From NCBI GenBank assembly GCA_019635275.1, contig JAHBZV010000001.1, forward strand, positions 199,626 through 263,625: a stretch of DNA of 64,000 nucleotides, given 5' to 3'. Within the stretch, counting starts at the first letter, position 1, and each line of letters opens with the position of its first letter. Below, one piece after another: positions 62,067-64,000 of the stretch. Origin of the DNA: Burkholderiaceae bacterium (GTDB taxonomy: Bacteria > Pseudomonadota > Gammaproteobacteria > Burkholderiales > Burkholderiaceae_E). Both the position numbers and the translations under genes were made by a program. The notes beneath the pieces are model-generated. The model did not search any database. It was not told the origin of the DNA and worked only from the letters and a program-made list of their open reading frames with translations.

Positions 62067-62996
62067 TCAGAACTGTGCGGCCACCCAGCTGCCGAACAGT
62101 TCGACCTCGGGGGAATGTGCGCGCTCCTGGGGCGCCAACAGGTAGTAGGCGCCTGCGCTCTGCAGCCGGAAGTCGAACGGAAACGCCAGTTCGTCGCGCC
62201 AGTCGACGGGCTCGACTTCGATCGTCGGGACGCAGGCGATCCCCAGGCAATCGCGCGCGGCGAGCACGGCGAGGAACGAATGGCCGACCTCCAGCACCGA
62301 GCTGCCGCGACGGGCGCCGGCGCCGCTCGCCTCGAGCCACGCGGGCCACGCGTCGGGCCGGCTCGCGTTGTGGATCAACGGAAACCGGTCGAGATCCTCG
62401 AGCCGGCGCAGCGGCTGTCCCTGGGCCAGAAGCCGCTTCGAGCACACCGGGGTCAGGTAGTCGTCCCAGAGATGCGTCGCGCACACACCGGTCCAGTCGT
62501 CGACCATGTCGAACTCGATCTGCGAGCCCCGCGACGGGTACGCGTGGCCCGGCAGCTTTCCGACCCGGATCGCCACGTCGACGTTGTCGCGCTTGAAGCT
62601 CACCGGGTCGAGCGAGGCAGAGACGTGCAGCCGGATTTCGGGGTAGGCGCGCGTGAACGAATTCAGTCGCTGGAACAACCACAGCGTGGAGATCGAAGGC
62701 AGCAGGCTGATCGACAGCGAGCGCTGGTGCTGCAGCGTGAACTGGGTGGCGTTGGCGATCTGGTCGAGGGCCGATGACGCGATCGACAGGTATGCGCGTC
62801 CGAACTCGGTCAATTCGACCTGGCGGGTCAGGCGCCGGAACAGGGGAACCTCGAGGAAGCCCTCGAGGACCTTGATCTGGCGACTGACGGCGCCCTGCGT
62901 GACCGAGAGCTCCTGCGCGGCCTTCGAGAAGCTCAGCAGCCGGCCGGCGGCCTCGAAGGCCCTCAGTGCATGGAGCGGAGGAAGCTGGCGTTTCAT
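62067..62996 (-). CDS. LysR family transcriptional regulator (GcvA-like)
   Basis: [41 protein letters not shown]; start ATG 62996. Confidence 0.92.
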   Translation of the reverse strand: MKRQLPPLHALRAFEAAGRLLSFSKAAQELSVTQGAVSRQIKVLEGFLEVPLFRRLTRQVELTEFGRAYLSIASSALDQIANATQFTLQHQRSLSISLLPSISTLWLFQRLNSFTRAYPEIRLHVSASLDPVSFKRDNVDVAIRVGKLPGHAYPSRGSQIEFDMVDDWTGVCATHLWDDYLTPVCSKRLLAQGQPLRRLEDLDRFPLIHNASRPDAWPAWLEASGAGARRGSSVLEVGHSFLAVLAARDCLGIACVPTIEVEPVDWRDELAFPFDFRLQSAGAYYLLAPQERAHSPEVELFGSWVAAQF

Positions 62997-63091
62997 GTCC
63001 CGGGCATCGGACGGCGGACAGAGTATCCACAGCGGCATCGGGGCCGTCAATGTCGCACGGCAAGCATCGAACTGAAGAGAGGGCAGACAGC

Positions 63092-63973
63092 GTGACGAAG
63101 CGAATCTCCTGCGGCCTCGGCATCGACATCGACGCAGTGGCAGCGTGGCTGGGCACGTTCGGCGGGGCGGATTCTCCGCACGACATCTCGAGGGGCATGT
63201 TCGCGGGCGAGGTCGGCGTTCCGCGGCTGCTCGAGTTGCTGCGTCGCTTCGACCTGAAGGCGACCTGGTTCGCGCCGGGGCACTCGATCGAGACGTTTCC
63301 GGAGCAGATGGAGCAGATCGTGCGCGACGGTCACGAGATCGGCCTGCACGGCTACTCGCACGAGAATCCGCTCGCGATGAGCCCACAGCAGGAAGCCGAC
63401 GTGCTCGACAAGTGCATCGATCTGGTCGTCGACCTCACCGGGGCGCGGCCGACCGGTTATGCGGCGCCGTGGTGGGAGCTCAGCGCCGCGACGCCGAACC
63501 TGCTGCTCGAACGCGGCATCGTCTACGACCACAGCATGATGCACCGCGATTTCGAATGCCATCGCCTTCGCGTCGGGGATGCCTGGACGCCGATCGACTA
63601 CTCGCAGCCTGCGTCGAGCTGGATGAAGCCGCTGGTGCGCGGCACCGAGACGCCGCTGATCGAGATCCCGGTGAGCTGGTATCTCGACGACCTCCCGCCG
63701 ATGATGTTCATCAAGAAGGCGCCGAACAGCCACGGCTTCATGAACCCCCGCGACATCGAGGAGTTGTGGCGAGAGCAGTTCGACTGGGTCTATCGGGAAA
63801 TGGACGAGGCCGTCTTCACGCTGTGCCTGCATCCGGACGTGGCGGGCCGGCCCCAGGTGCTCGCGATGCTCGAGCGCCTGCTGCACCACATGCTGCGGCA
63901 CCCGGGAGTGCAGTTCGGGACGCTCGAGGCGATCGCCTCCGAGTACGATCGCGCCCACCCGTTCGGGGGCTGA
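63092..63973 (+). CDS. Polysaccharide deacetylase family protein (CE4, PuuE/HpPgdA-like)
   Basis: [27 protein letters not shown] and LHPDVAGRP; probable GTG start 63092. Confidence 0.88.
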   Translation: MTKRISCGLGIDIDAVAAWLGTFGGADSPHDISRGMFAGEVGVPRLLELLRRFDLKATWFAPGHSIETFPEQMEQIVRDGHEIGLHGYSHENPLAMSPQQEADVLDKCIDLVVDLTGARPTGYAAPWWELSAATPNLLLERGIVYDHSMMHRDFECHRLRVGDAWTPIDYSQPASSWMKPLVRGTETPLIEIPVSWYLDDLPPMMFIKKAPNSHGFMNPRDIEELWREQFDWVYREMDEAVFTLCLHPDVAGRPQVLAMLERLLHHMLRHPGVQFGTLEAIASEYDRAHPFGG

Positions 63974-64000
63974 CGCGGTGTGCGGGATGTGCGGCCTGTG

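Noticed and set aside
1-64000. rRNA, tRNA, IS elements or prophage genes
   Set aside because: No such signatures were recognised by eye; short RNAs or MITEs could have been missed.

Overview
A high-GC, probably betaproteobacterial (Burkholderiales-like, inferred from protein types) chromosomal region made almost entirely of accessory genes. I saw no rRNA, tRNA, CRISPR array, integrase or transposase. Left to right: (i) the start of a TIGR04255-like gene and a thioesterase; (ii) an XRE-cupin-regulated operon of RidA, a peptide-type ABC importer and an orphan form II CoxL-like molybdoenzyme subunit; (iii) a decayed defence/toxin-antitoxin island (10.7-15.1 kb). It holds a scrambled DUF2075 helicase remnant, two intact TA pairs, an ArsD homologue lacking its N-terminal cysteines, and three intact antitoxins in a row whose cognate toxins (TumE/DUF6516, HicA, BrnT) survive only as short remnants; a fourth toxin with an in-frame core deletion lies at 24.7 kb. 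(iv) Stress/redox genes: TetR modules, MFS, DUF2249, an SHP/diheme cytochrome c/cytochrome b operon, GST, and a cytochrome b/Mo-oxidoreductase/MXKDX-repeat operon with an exact SigF(ECF16)-type promoter. (v) NrtR divergent from an uncharacterised protein with a macrodomain-like GGGAFGN loop. (vi) A large catabolic cluster of unknown substrate (TAXI-TRAP, FadR, FAD oxidases, two CoA transferases, IlvD-like and UxaA/SuyAB-like dehydratases, acyl-CoA dehydrogenase). (vii) fccAB sulfide dehydrogenase. (viii) An amide/ureide cluster (GntR, amidase, Liv-type ABC, ureidoglycolate lyase), then a binding protein, LysR and a PuuE/PgdA-like deacetylase. The best candidate for an undescribed system is the antitoxin-only array with systematically disarmed toxins. 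All family calls come from motif recognition by eye, not from database searches.
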